This document shows positions 1-18,200 of a DNA stretch of 64,000 bases, piece after piece; positions within the stretch are counted from its first letter, which is position 1; every line of letters begins with the position of its first letter. The stretch is taken from NCBI RefSeq assembly GCF_009914755.1, contig NC_060939.1; one strand, given 5' to 3'. A program made the translations under genes and the position numbers. The DNA is from the human T2T-CHM13v2.0 reference genome, Homo sapiens. The notes beneath the pieces were generated by a model. That model saw nothing but the letters and a program-made list of their open reading frames with translations, did not search any database and had not been told where the DNA came from.

Positions 1-291
1 TCTCAGCTATGAGGCAAGTCTGACCTAGAATGAAGGAAAGAGGAAAGGAAGGTTGAGTGGAAGCATTGGAGCGTAATGTACAGTCTAAGGAAGGGTGAGA
101 AAAGGCTTCAGGGAATCCTGAGCCAAGACTGGTCCTCAGAGAAGCCCTGTGTCTCCTAAAGAGGGATCTGCATTAGCCACCCTGTGGCCCTCAGTCATTG
201 ACTGAGGGGCAGATGCAGAAACAGATTTTAGAGTGAAGCAGCAAGTGGCCGTAGGCAGTTAGGCTTCCCATACTTTGAGGTCTATGAGTTT

Positions 292-1056
292 ATTTATTTA
301 TTTATTATTTATTTATTTAAATTATACTTTAAGCTCTGGGTTACATGTGCAGAACTTGCAGTTTTGTTTCATAGGTATACACATGCCATGGTGGTTTGCT
401 GCACCCATCAACCCGTCACCTACATTAGGTATTTCTCCTAATGTTATCCCTCCCCTACACCCCCACACCCCACAGGCCCCAGTGTGTGATGATCCCCTCC
501 CTGTGTCCATGTGTTCTCATTGTTCAACTCCTGCTTTATGAGTGAGAACATGCGGCGTTTGGTTCTCTGATCTTGTGATAGTTTGCTGAGAATGATGGTT
601 TCCAGCTTCATGCATGTCCCTGCAAAGGACATGAACTCATGTCCTTTTTTATGGCTGCATAGTATTCCATGGTATATATGTGCCACATTTTCTTAATCCA
701 GTCTATCATTGATGGACATTTGGGTTGGTTCCAAGTCTTTGCTATTGTGAATAGTGCCACAATAAACATACGTGTGCATGTGTCTTTATCGTAGAATGAT
801 TTATAATCTTTTGAGTATATGCCCAGTAATGGGATTGCTGGGTCAAATGGTATTTCTAGTTCTAGATCCTTGAGGAATTCACACACTGTCTTCCACAATG
901 GTTGAAGTAAATTACACTCCCACCAATAGTGTAAAAGCATTCCTATTTTTCCACAACCTCTCCAGCATCTGTTGTTTCCTGACTTTTTAAGGACTGCCAT
1001 TCTAACTGGAGTGAGATGGTATCTCATTGTGGTTTAGATTTGCATTTCTCTAATGC
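292..1056 (-). mobile_element. 5'-truncated L1PA element (ORF2 C-terminus + 3' UTR)
   Basis: ORF2 C-terminal peptide [35 protein letters not shown]; A-rich tail; 14-bp TSD aggtctatgagttt at 278-291 and 1057-1070. Confidence 0.95.
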
Positions 1057-1292
1057 AGGTCTATGAGTTTCTTATTCATGGTCACTAAAAGATGTTTATC
1101 ATGAATTGAAATCTCCAGATAAGAGTAAAGCAATGCCTAATTCATAGTTACGCACTTATCAATTTATTTATTCATATTATTCATTATCGTTATGAATATT
1201 CAACACATTAATAAAAGAGTCACATGTGCAATCTACTTGGGGTATTGGGAGAGTAAAGAATAACATAGTGGTGCTACAGGTAATTTAAGAGA

Positions 1293-1296
<4 letters not shown>

Positions 1297-1324
<28 letters not shown>

Positions 1325-1325
1325 A

Positions 1326-1380
<55 letters not shown>
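1297..1380. repeat. Compound microsatellite (CT)n(GT)n(AT)n; shorter mirror at ~37834-37887
   Basis: Directly visible; the AT tract is much longer in the left arm. Confidence 0.95.
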
Positions 1381-1384
<4 letters not shown>

Positions 1385-1600
1385 CACAGGTATAATTATT
1401 TTCCTTCTACTATTTGTTATTGATGTATACTGCCAAATCCCTAACGGATACTGGAATACTTAACTCTAAGCTCCCCCCACGCCTACAAAAGAAGTGGGTA
1501 CAAGGTTATTTTTTAAATCAAAAGATTTATTAATAGTATTTTTATCATGTCCAATTGATATTATCATTATCAAAAAGTTTAATCACTTATTATTACTTGA

Positions 1601-1937
<337 letters not shown>

Positions 1938-2245
1938 TGTTCCACTTCTTAAAACTGGTCACTGGAAGTACATCGTCTTGGGAAGAACTGGATATTTCTT
2001 GAAACCCCTTTCATATAGCCATATTCTCAAACATAGAACCTTCTTTTATTTTTTTCAAAGATTTTTTTCCATTACTGTAGAAAATTCAGAGGGTGTTTAT
2101 GGATAGTGCAGTACTCCGCTCAAATACAGGGAACGAAAGTTACATTAAAATGATAATATTTTTTGCTGAAAAGTATTATGATATTTAATGTAAGCAAACA
2201 AATGACTCAGGTGATAGTGTTTTGTTTTCATTTTTTAAATGTCTT

Positions 2246-2752
<507 letters not shown>

Positions 2753-3989
2753 CAGTGGAGAGTCTTCAACATTCAGGGTGGAATCTTCAGGGTGTGGCCC
2801 TCTATCCATTGCTTTCCAACGTTTGTACTCTCTGCTTTGTGAATAGAGGCCTGTTCTCCCTGTCTGCCTTGTTCAAGTACCTTTGCCGTTTTCCTTGCTG
2901 GGATGACATCCTTTGCCCTGAAGTTCTCATTAACCATACCATAGATGTCCTCTTCTTACCTCAATACATCCAAGGCTACCTCAAGTTATAACTTCTCCTT
3001 TAGTTTTTCCCTAGTGTCTGAGTTCAAATGGGCTTCTCTATATCCAGAATATCTACCACCTGTCTTATCTTTCCTCACACGTGGCACGTTCAGTTCCTTC
3101 CATCTACTTTCATAATGTTGTATTTTAACGGTTCAGTTGTGTTTATATTACACTCTTCTGTCAGGCAAACAAGGGTATTTATATGGCTGAAATCTACGGT
3201 ATTTTTTAAATGTAGTAAAATGTAATGAATAAGCATACAAATGAATGAGTTAATTAATCTGTTATATTCTTGGTTAAGTAATGAGCATTATGAGGACAAA
3301 AATTGAGTCTTACACCTTCTTATAATCCTAAAGACCTAGTACAGGACTTGGAATATAGCATTCACTTAAGACATCTTTGCGACTAATGAATTTAAATATT
3401 TTTATTAATTCTAAGTTGACGTATGATTGTAATTTGGGGAAGGTAGTGAAATTTCAAATGGCTTTCACCACCTGTGAAATGACCCTTTTTACCTACCACA
3501 TGATTTACCAGATCTTTGTTTAGGTGAACCTAGGCGAAAGCAGATTGTTTCCTCTACTTAGGAAATACTTCGCACATTTTCGTTGCTTATAAATTTGATG
3601 ATTTTAATTTGTACAGTTATAATTTATGATATTGACTTGTACAGTTATATATATTTTACATATAATAGATATTATATATTATATATAGATATACTATATA
3701 TAATTTTATTTTCTAAAGTAAAGAATATCATTACACATTAACAAAATAGATATAACTGTTTTCTTTCTACTATTTGTTACTGGTGTATACTGCAAATCCC
3801 TAATGGATACTGAAATTCTTATCTCTAAGCCCCTCTATGACTATGAAAAGAAATGGGTTCAAGTTTATTTTAAAAATCAAAGAGTTTATTAATAATATTA
3901 TTGTTATCATGTCCAATTGATACTATCATTATTAAAAAGTTTAATCACTTATTTCTTGAAGGACCTAATTAGGAAATATATATGTGTGT

Positions 3990-4562
3990 GTATATCTATA
4001 TTCTATCTATATATATCCTATATCTATATTCCATATATATTCTATATCTATATTCTATATCTGTATTCTACATATATTCTATATATAGTCTATCTATATT
4101 CTATCTATATCCTATATATATTCCATCTATATCCTATATATAGTCTATCTATATTCTATCTATATCCTATATATAGTCTATCTATATTCTATCTATATCC
4201 TATATATAGTCTATATATATTCTATCGATATCCTGTATATAGTCTACATATTTTCTATCTATATCCTATATATAGTCTATATACTCTATATATCCTATAT
4301 AGTCTATGTATATTCTATATATATCCTATATAGTCTATGTATATTCTATATATATCCTATATAGTCTATGTATATTCTATATATATCCTATATAGTCTAT
4401 GTATATTCTATATATATCCTATATAGTCTATGTATATTCTATATATATCCTATATAGTCTATGTATATTCTATATAGTCTATATATATTCTATATGTGTA
4501 TCCTATATATATTCTCTATACATATTCTATATATATATAGACACACACACACACACACATAT
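3990..4562. repeat. AT-rich minisatellite, 31-bp unit tagtctatgtatattctatatatatcctata plus degenerate variants, ending in (CA)n; mirror ~34650-35235
   Basis: About 5-6 near-perfect 31-bp units at ~4300-4470, with degenerate units upstream. Confidence 0.92.
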
Positions 4563-4966
4563 GTAGTAGCCTGATATTTAAAAAATAAGATTGGGACTGC
4601 ATAAAATAAGCTCACCCAGACAATAGGGGTACAGACATATGTATAATTCAGCAAGAACTGGTAACAAAGTGAGATATGTCAACTCTTTGTAGCATATTGT
4701 TAAGTAGTATTAAAAAACAAGTAATTTTTGGTTGGGTCCATTGAGAGAATAACATTATTTTTAGAATGATCTAATGGCACAATAAGCATTTTAGCATTTT
4801 ACCTGCAAAAGCATTATAGCTGTGCCAGTTTCTGTTCCAAGAAAAAAACACATTGGTGTATTCTCTAAAGGAGGAAATTCTGACCTCAACTATGTTCAGA
4901 TAGCTGTGGCAGATAATACTCTGATCAGGTACTAAGTCATATATCTTTCACATTTCCCTTTGCTAG

Positions 4967-5087
4967 TTATACTCAGCATGTGGTTGGAAATGGAATCAAA
5001 GCCCAGTCTGCAAATCCTGAAGTCAAAGTCAAAGGAACTGATCCTGTGATAAATCAGATTATTGATAAACTGAAGCATGTTATTCAG
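4967..5087 (+). pseudogene. GPC5: Isolated 121-nt exon paralogous to a glypican-5 exon (probably exon 6); duplicated gene fragment
   Basis: Pyrimidine tract plus AG (catttccctttgctAG, 4965-66), then an open frame YTQHVVGNGIKAQSANPEVKVKGTDPVINQIIDKLKHVIQ, then donor GTAAGT at 5088. The peptide matches GPC5 as I recall it (YTQRVVGNGIKAQSGNPEVKVKGIDPVINQIIDKLKHVVQ) with about 4 substitutions. No other GPC5 exon was seen. Confidence 0.88.
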
Positions 5088-7182
5088 GTAAGTCCTGATC
5101 CTATATTTTTTGGTATAGCCAATAATAAATAATAAGTGGTCACTTTCTGTTATACTTGATAAATTTGTTAACCCTATCAGATAATCCTGCCTAAAATATT
5201 GTAACACATTATTTGTATCAGGACTTTTGGGAATATTTAGTTTAATGATTTTTGTATGCAGTCAATATGCAGTGGTATTTTAATGTTGGACAATCTGTAT
5301 ATGTGAAAAGCAAGCCTCAGCCTCAGCATTTCAATAATGAGAATCTCAGGACATGCATTGTCTTCAGTGAATAAGTTTGAACGTGGGAATCACTGTGACC
5401 ATTAAAGAAAACACATAGAAGACCATAGAAGATGCCAGAGTTTTCTTTCAGGTAATTCTCTGAATGTTGCTATGAAGGTTTTTGCAGCATTTCAATACAA
5501 ATTAGGTCATAGATGAATAATATGTACTTCTAATATTTATTTCCTATATCACCTTTTATATGTTATCTTATAATCTACCTAATGGTTGTTTATGAAATAC
5601 TTCTCTTTTATCTTCAATAATATTTTTCATCAAGTGAGTGTGTATTGCTGTTTTTAATACATGACAAATGAAGCATGAACATATTTATCAAAATAATATT
5701 TCATTGAAATAGTCTATTAATTAGAACCAAACATGATGTTGCATGTTGTAAATATTACTCTGCATTCTGCATCTATTGATGTTTGGGGAAAGAAAGGCTA
5801 TTTTTTTTTTTTAGTTAATAGTCATTTTATAAAAATTTATATTTGAATATACTTTCATTTTTCCTAAGCAGAACTTTGCATGGCTAGCTGACGCTTATTT
5901 CTAGTATCGTGCATCAGAAACAATACCTAAATAGTACAGAGTTTTTATTGCATACAACATATTCCAGAGCCAGTAGTAGGCTTCTCATAATTGTTCTGCA
6001 AAGACAAAGCTTAAGTTTATGCAGAGCCAATTCCTGGGTTTCCATTTTTCACGAGTCCCTATCTCTCAAGGAGAGGATATGTAAGAAGGACTTGGGGGTT
6101 GGTGTCCAATACCGTAGACTTCTCCCTTCTGTGAGGCAACAATGCTTATTCTACCACTGATACCTATGGAAAACAGCTCTCACCCTGGCTGGCAAAACCA
6201 AAAATAAATTCTATTGGAAAAGTCTAAGAGAAAAGTGGTATCATGACTACTGATGAGTTAAACCTTCCAGCCTCTGCTGAGCTGGTCCAGTTGGTACCTC
6301 ACAGTATCGTCCACTGTAGTATAATATGTACAGCTAGATTATTTGAAAATTCGACCGCATAATTGATAATAAAACCAAAAGAGCTTTAATATTAATGTTC
6401 TCTCATTGAGGAGTGAGTACAATCTCACTGTGAGGACACAGTGAAATCTTAGGGGTTTCTTAAGTGGGGTAAGCATTCCACAGAGGATGGAGGAAGAAAA
6501 ACTAGAACTTAAATATATATTTATTCCATCTCATTCTTTTATATTTCTTTGGTTGTAGTAAGGTATATAAAATATGTAATGTATTAGTGCAATAGCATAT
6601 ACATATAATTTATAAATACATAAATATACATATTAACTGGACATTTGTTCAGATTGTTTTTCTAAGATATATACATGATGAAAGCAGAACAGAAACCCTG
6701 TTACAGATAATAAGGATAGAGCTGTTCCATGAGAAGTGCCGTTATAAGAAAACACATTCACAGAGGAACACATAGATACCCAAGATAGAAAGGATTATAA
6801 AAACCCTTAGGAGGAGGGCTCATATATTTATTACCCATTCAGCAACCCCCCTCCCCATTTCTTGTTTCGTAGGTTTCAAAGCCTTTTCAAGGTGGCAGAG
6901 GGAAGTCATCCTGCCTTTCTTTTTTAGCTTCTGTGTGAACTTGAGTCCCATTCTTTATTCTTTATAGGAGTGTGCAGATCTCCAATTATTCATGCTTAAG
7001 TTTCATTCTGGGGTTGCAAGAGAATATAAAATGCAGTGCTACCTTTGAGGTCTATCATTTTAAGATCTGCTAGATTTATATGATAGAAATGTAGATTTTT
7101 ATAGAGGACAGCGGAAAGTCATATCTTGCACAGGTGTCACTGAAAATTTACCTTTAATATCTAAGAATATGCTCTTTCATGA

Positions 7183-7538
<356 letters not shown>

Positions 7539-8079
7539 TACTTTGCCAAACTTTTGACTACTGATGGTGTACGCGTGCCCTGGCAGGGATGGCCATTGTG
7601 CTGTCAGTATCAAGGGATGGCTAACAGCACCCACCACAATGTCAGCTATGAAAGGATTCAGAAAATAGCCTTCTGTAAGTCAGAATTTATTAATTAAGGA
7701 GTAGGGCCATGGAAGATGTCAACATAGGAATAGGTTTCAGATTCTAAACTGTAGATTTAGATGATCACTTCTTAGTGTTTGTATAAAATTTACTTTATTT
7801 TTTATTATAACATGAAGTTCGCTTTCCACCTTTATACTATGAAAAATGCCGTGTCTCACAATAGGGACATACCTGTGTTAAAGTATATGGAAGTAAATCA
7901 GCCACAATAGCAAACATTGCCTGCATGGACTCACCCAAAAATGCCTTTCTTGGCCTGCCATTGATCTGAACCTCATTTCTACCTTGCATTGTCTGCAATT
8001 AGAGTCACTAAGGAAGTAGATAAAGATTTTTACTTGGAAAATGTCACTTTTTAATGTTTTAATAATTAATTCGTTCAAG

Positions 8080-9400
<1,321 letters not shown>

Positions 9401-9614
9401 ATAAGGTTGTCACCTTTCCTTTAGAGTATAAATTCACACCAAAACTATTGGTGGAGATGATAGGACAAGGGAATCATACAAAAAAAATTGTACTGCAAAA
9501 AGCTATGAATGAATAAAACATTTCATTAAATGTATTTGGCACCTTGTATATACTTAGTTGATCTAGGACAGAGAAGATAGTAACATTCATTTTTTCTTAC
9601 TGTAAGAATAATGA

Positions 9615-9710
9615 CCCAGGAGGCGGAGGCTGCAGTGAGCTGAGATCAGGCCACTGCACACTAGCTCTAGCAGACAGAGTGAGACTCCGTCTCAAAAAAA
9701 AAAAAAAAAA
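9615..9710 (+). mobile_element. 5'-truncated Alu 3' end; mirror ~29522-29620
   Basis: cccaggaggcggaggctgcagtgagc..gagactccgtctc plus poly-A; flanked by repeated aagaataatga (TSD). Confidence 0.85.
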
Positions 9711-10544
9711 GAATAATGAATGCTCATCAGAGGGAATTGAATTTTATTATTCTAGGAAATCTGATGGAAAAAGTGAAAAATAAATATTGATACCATTTAT
9801 AAAACAATGAAAAGACTTATAAGAGAAGCCATCTAGGCTTTTCTCTATACTTAATTATACATATAAATACATCAGTACTTTACTTCAAAAAATAAGATCA
9901 TAGGGTACATTTGATTTTATGATCTGAACTGCTCACCTGACCACACAAAACAAATACTTTACCACGACATTAAATAGTCTGCTCTCTGGTTGTTAGTGCT
10001 GGCATACTATTCTATCATATGGAAAAATTACAGTTTTCCTCCACCCAGTCACCGAAAGTTGGATATTTAGGATGCGACCAGTTTTTCATGATAATAAAGA
10101 CTAATAGGAACAGCAGTAGACACAAGATGTTTTTGGCATCTTTTTTTTCTTGTAATACGTTCTACATATTGAAACTAATAATTGTATTTTGCTACATATT
10201 GCCACGTTTTTCTCAAGGAAAATTATAGCTAACAGAAAGTGTCAGCTTTCTCTGTGTGTTAAGGGTGTGGGTGGAAGCTCGGCAGTGACGCTGAGACATA
10301 TTGGTATGGAACATCATTGGACTCTCTAGAGATCAAGGTAGCAGTCCTGTAGAAATGTTAGCCCGAGCTATGTGTCACCTGGGAGTACTCCAAGGACGGC
10401 CAAAAGAAATATTTTAGTTAGAAGACAATTTATAAGAAAAGTTTAGAGGCTTCCTAGAGAGGTCATAGCATACACAATTTTATTTCATCCTTTAGGGCAA
10501 GCCATATACATATGTTCTGCGCACATCTCCTCCTGCACCCTCCT

Positions 10545-10579
<35 letters not shown>

Positions 10580-12779
10580 GAGATCTGATGTAAATAGATA
10601 GCTGTGAATTATAGCTTGGTCCTTAAGGAATATCTCAGAAACTTCAATGTTCCTTCACCCCCTCCGCAAACCCTTCTGAATTGAGAATGGGAACCTTGGC
10701 AACAGAGGGGAGTCATGCACCTCCCTTTTCCATCTGTGACTCTGACATCTTCCTCCAGGTCAGCCATGGTGCAAACTCTCACAGTTACTTTCTGGCAGTT
10801 TCCTGCATTCCAAACCTGTTTCTGAAATGGGCAATATTTGTCCCCTTGAAAATCACCTGTGATAAATGTGGTATAGCCCATGGCCAGTGAAAATTTTCCT
10901 ACACGGAGACATATTCCTAAGTGTTAACATTAACTTTTTCAGATGTTTGAGTCAGACTCAATTGCCCTTTCATATTATAGATTGAAAACAACACTTGGTT
11001 GATGTTAGTATATCTGATTGAGGAAATATGAGAGCCTTTTTAATTTAGATTTGCTCGCCTAGAAAACTCACTTTGAAACTTCTTGGTCATGTTATGTTTG
11101 CTTATGGCAAAGTTATCAGCAAAAAAGTCACTGTTATGCAGCAATTTATCTTTAAACACTAAATGACATCTATCATTTTTCAAAGAAAATAATGTCAGCA
11201 GTTAAAATCCTAACTGCTTGAGCACTGTTAGTTGACAATTATAATGCCCCATTGCTTAGAAATTAATTGACCTACTTTCAATAAGAAACATAAAAAGTAA
11301 TATCACAGCAATTTTCTGGATCTATTTTATTCCAAAACCAATAAATGTTACAGTGTTGTTAAAAGTAATAGATTTAAAAACATTTTATTTTCTTAAACTT
11401 AACAATTCAAATAACATAAAATAATATTACGTTTCTATTAAGTATTCATTTTTATACAGACCAAAAGTTCTTTAGAAAATGTCTTCATGTATAATATAAA
11501 TTTGATTTTTAGATGTGAGAAAAGCAACAATCATAATCGTTGCCTAAATCCACAAAATAAGTAGATATTCTATAATATGTATTTCAGTAATCACAATGTA
11601 TTGGATTCAGGCAGAGATGAGAGACACTCTGATTTTAGCAGAAAAAGACTGTGTTAAATTACCTCTTTGCCTTTTCTCACTCTGTTCCTAGGATAGCAAT
11701 ATAATAAATAGTAACTTTAGAACGGGGATACACTGAGAAAATGTTCTAATTTAAATCTCAATAGATGATTATACAGGTAGTGTTTACACACACACACACA
11801 CACACACACAATGACAGGAGTTTTTAAAGATATTAGTATCTCGGAATTTTTGAATTCTGAAAACTGTCCAAGCTTTTATCATTAAATCACTTGTTATGAA
11901 ACCCATTTTAGAAACACGCTTTCCTATTTTTAATAGCCTATGATAGTCATACAGAATGAGTTAATCAAAATTGATTGGTCAATTGCTAATTGCAAATTCT
12001 TTGACCGTAGCATGTCAGCTGATTCTATGAACTTCTACAGACTCTTTCCCTTGGTCCGGGAATTGCCACAACACTCTGACTCCTTTCCCCACAACTCCCT
12101 TACATGATATTGTCACCTGCCCAGGCTTACGATACTAATATTCCAGAGAGACGAACAGTCCTTGATTTTGAATAGCAATGCAGTAGTGACCAAAACAGAT
12201 TTAGTTTTGGTTCAGAAGAAAGTGCTGGATATGCCCTCAGTAACTTTCCATGGTCATCTAATTCAGCAATTAGTTTGAGTAAATTCAATGGAAGGCTGCT
12301 TTCTGGAATGGGTAGTGTAATGTACTGACTTCCCTATTAGACATTTCATTTAAAAAAATCAATTGTCCGCATAAAACAACCATTTCAATCAGTGTACATT
12401 CAACTGGAAAGGAAAGTTAGAGGACTTTTTTTGAAAGTAATGGGATTGGGGTTGGCCGTTGCTAATTTCTTTTTGATTAACGCGTATGTAATTGTTTTGT
12501 GTTGGATAAAAATTTGACTTTTTATTTGCGCGGATGCTGCTGATCTTATATGTTATCATTTCCCATTCAGACTTGAGCTGTTTACCTGCCGGGTTTTCTG
12601 TTCATAAAATGTTGAAAGGACGTTAAAATGTAGAACTTTTACATTTTTTATTTAGGTGACTAGGACAAATTCTGGTAATTTGTAGGCTACAACTTAAATG
12701 TATTTCTGCTTAAAATATTTTGAAACATGGTTTATTTCACAAATGAGGTTCCAAACTATAACCAGCTCTCACTAAATTC

Positions 12780-13088
12780 TTATTTATTTATTTATTTATT
12801 TATTTTGAGACGGAGTCTTTCTCTGTCACCCAGGCTGGAGTGCAGTGGCCGGATCTCGGCTCACCGCAAGCTCCGCCTCCCGGGTTCACGCCATCCTCCT
12901 GCCCCAGCCTCCTGAGTAGCTGGGACTACAGGCGCCCGCCACCACGCCCAGCTCATTTTTTGTATTTTTAGTAGAGACGGGGTTTCCCCGTGTTAGCCAG
13001 GATGGTCTGGATCTCCTGACCTCGTGATCCGCCCGCCTCGGCCTCCCAAAGTGCTGGGATTACAGGCGTGAGCCACCGCGCCCAGCCA
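12780..13088 (-). mobile_element. AluY; mirror 26126-~26447 (+)
   Basis: Full dimer, (TTTA)n tail, AluY diagnostics. Confidence 0.92.
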
Positions 13089-13316
13089 AAAGATCATTTT
13101 TAAATTATGTATCTGGGAATATATTATCAAACCAGGCCTGAAACTTATTAAAAAGATGGTAAAATCTAATTTAACTTCATTTAATACTCCTTTTCTCTTA
13201 GTCTTATAAAAGCAAATGAGCTTGTTGGCTTTTAATTATGAAAATATAATTTTAATTTATAAGACATATGTAACAAAGCAAGATAGCTGCTAAATTCACT
13301 CTATCCTAGTAACTTC

Positions 13317-15219
<1,903 letters not shown>

Positions 15220-18200
15220 CACCATGAAGCCCCTGCCTCATTCCCAAGTTCTCTCCTTTTCCACTGCCAGTACTTGGAAGGTTATGTGCCATGTGTGTCA
15301 TAGGTTAAGGCTAGAGGAGTTTATTCTGACTGACATTGAACTTTATGGGAGCAACCAACAAACTTTGGTTTGGTTGAGCCACTGAGAATTCCAGTTTAGT
15401 ATCTTCTTGTTGCTGCTGCTGTTTACCAACACAGTGGGATTTCTACAGGGCTCCAGCGGGCAGAGAAATTCCATGTGAACAAGAATATCTCATGTTGGGC
15501 TTCTGTATAAATTGTGCTGATGAAAAATGTTAAGCAGATAAAAATTTTAGAAATTCATTGCTCCACACTGTATCGATGCTATTTTTGTCTCAGTTGAAGC
15601 CATCCTAAAATTATATATTTAGATCATACTATCTTCAATAGAATTGTTTTTACCGAGTTGCTTTTTGACGTTATAGATGAGCCTTTTGTAATTCACAACT
15701 GAGTTTATACACAAATGTTATTGAGTCTATTGCCCACCATGTTAGAGAGGTTTATGAGAGCTCAATGCAGAAATGCCTCTGAAGTGGGAAAATCTGTCAT
15801 TTCTCTGAAGAAACTATTATAGTTTTAACAGAATGAGTGATGGAAAATAATAATATAGAAAATCATATGAAGGAGTAAGAAAGATGGGGCACTATTAAAG
15901 GGATTATTTGATGGCAATAAGGATGAAAATGTGTCATTGAAATTCTTAGGTTTCACATAGAAATTGCACCGGTTTATCCTAGCAGACATTTTGTTTAGAA
16001 GTTTTTAAGAAAATAAATTTCTGAATCATGGTTTACACTGTTTTAGGTCATTGGAACTAGTAAATATGTTTCACTATGCAGACTATTAGTCAACATTTAG
16101 ATCATGCTTTTCAATAAAGAATGTCAAATTGTGAGAGGAGAATTAATAAACCTAATTGTCACAGTCACTCGGCTGACATGTTGAAGTGCCTGGAAAATTT
16201 CTCACATGAATAATGGGTGAAGAGTCAAAGAATGATTCACTTGGGGAAAAGAAGACCTGCCGGGTTTTGGAAAGGGTATGTGTATGCATTTAGTATTGTT
16301 TAGTGTGGTAGCTCTGTGGTCCTGACCTTCACATATTTATTGGGCTGCCATGTGTTAGGTGGAAACACAAAACTGTCATTTTTTTGTAGGACAAAAAAGG
16401 CTGAATACTGACAATTTCATATGGTTCCACCTAATAGAATAGGAAACAGAGTTATCTCTGAATTGTTTATCTAAGGTAGAATTTGGGGAAGTACTTAGAA
16501 TTTATAAAAATTAAATTTTAGACTAAAATATATAGATATATCTAGAGTTGTTCAAAAATGAAAATAGAGCTGAAATATCAAGTGCTATAATGGAGTTCAT
16601 ATGAGAATTCCATGCTTTATATTTGAGGTTGGATATGTGCTTTTTCTTTATCCCTTTCATTTATATGGATCTAATCTTCTATAATGCTTCAAACATTTTG
16701 ACAGAGATCTTCTTTGGTGTTCTTTTTTCTCTTGATTTAAAGATCTGCTTTACAACCAAACAGTAAGATTAAACAAAACCAAACAATGCCCATGGCTTCA
16801 TGGTCACTCTACCCATCTAGAAAGGCCTTGTGCATGGCCTATTATGGTCATCTTGAAATTCTTTGTAAGTTTTTATCAAAGGGTTCTACATTTTCACTTT
16901 TTACTGGGCCCTGAAAATTATGCACCCAATCCTCAATCCTTGGTCTTCTTAAATTTGCATGCAGATTAGAATTATAAAGGTACATCAATTCTAGGCCATC
17001 AAAGGCTAGCTTATAACTCAAATTACATTTGGGAATTGTTCTTACATAACAGCATTTATTGCTCCAAAGATCATTGTGTAATAACTACTAAATAATCTAT
17101 ATGAATGTACATTTGGAAAACCATGAAAACTTTCTGAAAGAGCTCTGCTGTTTTATGTAACAATCATAAAATATTTCCAAAGGCATAAATAAAAATAATT
17201 ACAACAGAAAATCTGAGAGACAAAAAGAAAATCTATGATAATATACCAATGCAATTTATTGAAAATAGATACACATGGAACAAAGAATAAAGGAACAGCA
17301 GGAAAATGTGCCACTATTGTGGTTACAGCTTCGAGGCAACACATTAAAATGCCAACCAGACACAGGTAGCAACAGATGTATCTACCACCAAAAAATAAAG
17401 TTAAATTAAATCAAGTGAAAAATTTCAAATGAAGTAACTGTTCAATGAAAAGGAAAAAAGAATAAAAATCACATCTGCTTACATGGCAATGAAAGGTGAA
17501 AGAGTCTGCTAAAAGTTTATGTTGAAAATTAAGATGGAGGTAATCTATGCACACTCATCCAAAAATAGAAAACAAGGAATTAGTGGACCAATGCCAATGT
17601 TAATTTTGAAGACCTCAAAAAGACGAAAATTAAGATATGGTTGATAGGTTCTCTACAATATAGCAAGAAAACTCTGCCCAAATTCTAAAGGATACAAAGT
17701 CTACTCAATTTAATAACAAATGGCACGTTTCTGTTTCTTAAAAGACATATGCAGAATCTGTGAGTGCATTTTCTACTTTAGGGACCATTTGAATTAAAAT
17801 CCTTAAGTTCTTATGAATGTTTGAGAAATACATACAGTAAATGAATAAAGCCCATAGTTATTTAAGGATAACATTTAAAATTATTTCCTAAATATTTAAT
17901 ATTAAAATAATAGTACATGCCGTCCAGTCATAATCAAAAAAGCCAAAGTGATTATGGAGTATTGAGGCTGAAAAGAGTTAGATCTAAACCAACCTCTTCT
18001 GGACTTCACTGTCAAGGAGAAGAATTGAGAGGAAAATTTTCAAAAAACATGTATATTTGTGAGATTGGTGATGAGAAAAAACCTGTGAAATATTGCCATT
18101 TCTTTGGAGTAAAAATTTTAAATGATTGGTTAGCACGATGTCCCTTTCTCGTCACACTCACATCTTTCTGATTTGCTCCTCACATCTCGGGCATGCTGAG

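Noticed and set aside
608-1027. L1 ORF2 peptide suggesting an active LINE
   Set aside because: The element is only ~0.77 kb and 5'-truncated.
3917-4333. 138-aa Y/I/L-rich ORF; repeat superficially array-like
   Set aside because: It is a translation of an AT minisatellite. The units are contiguous with no unique spacers, so it is not CRISPR-like.
6425-6444. 8-bp hairpin tcactgtg-agga-cacagtga with RSS-heptamer-like cacagtg
   Set aside because: Short enough to arise by chance; no convincing nonamer at 12/23 spacing was seen.
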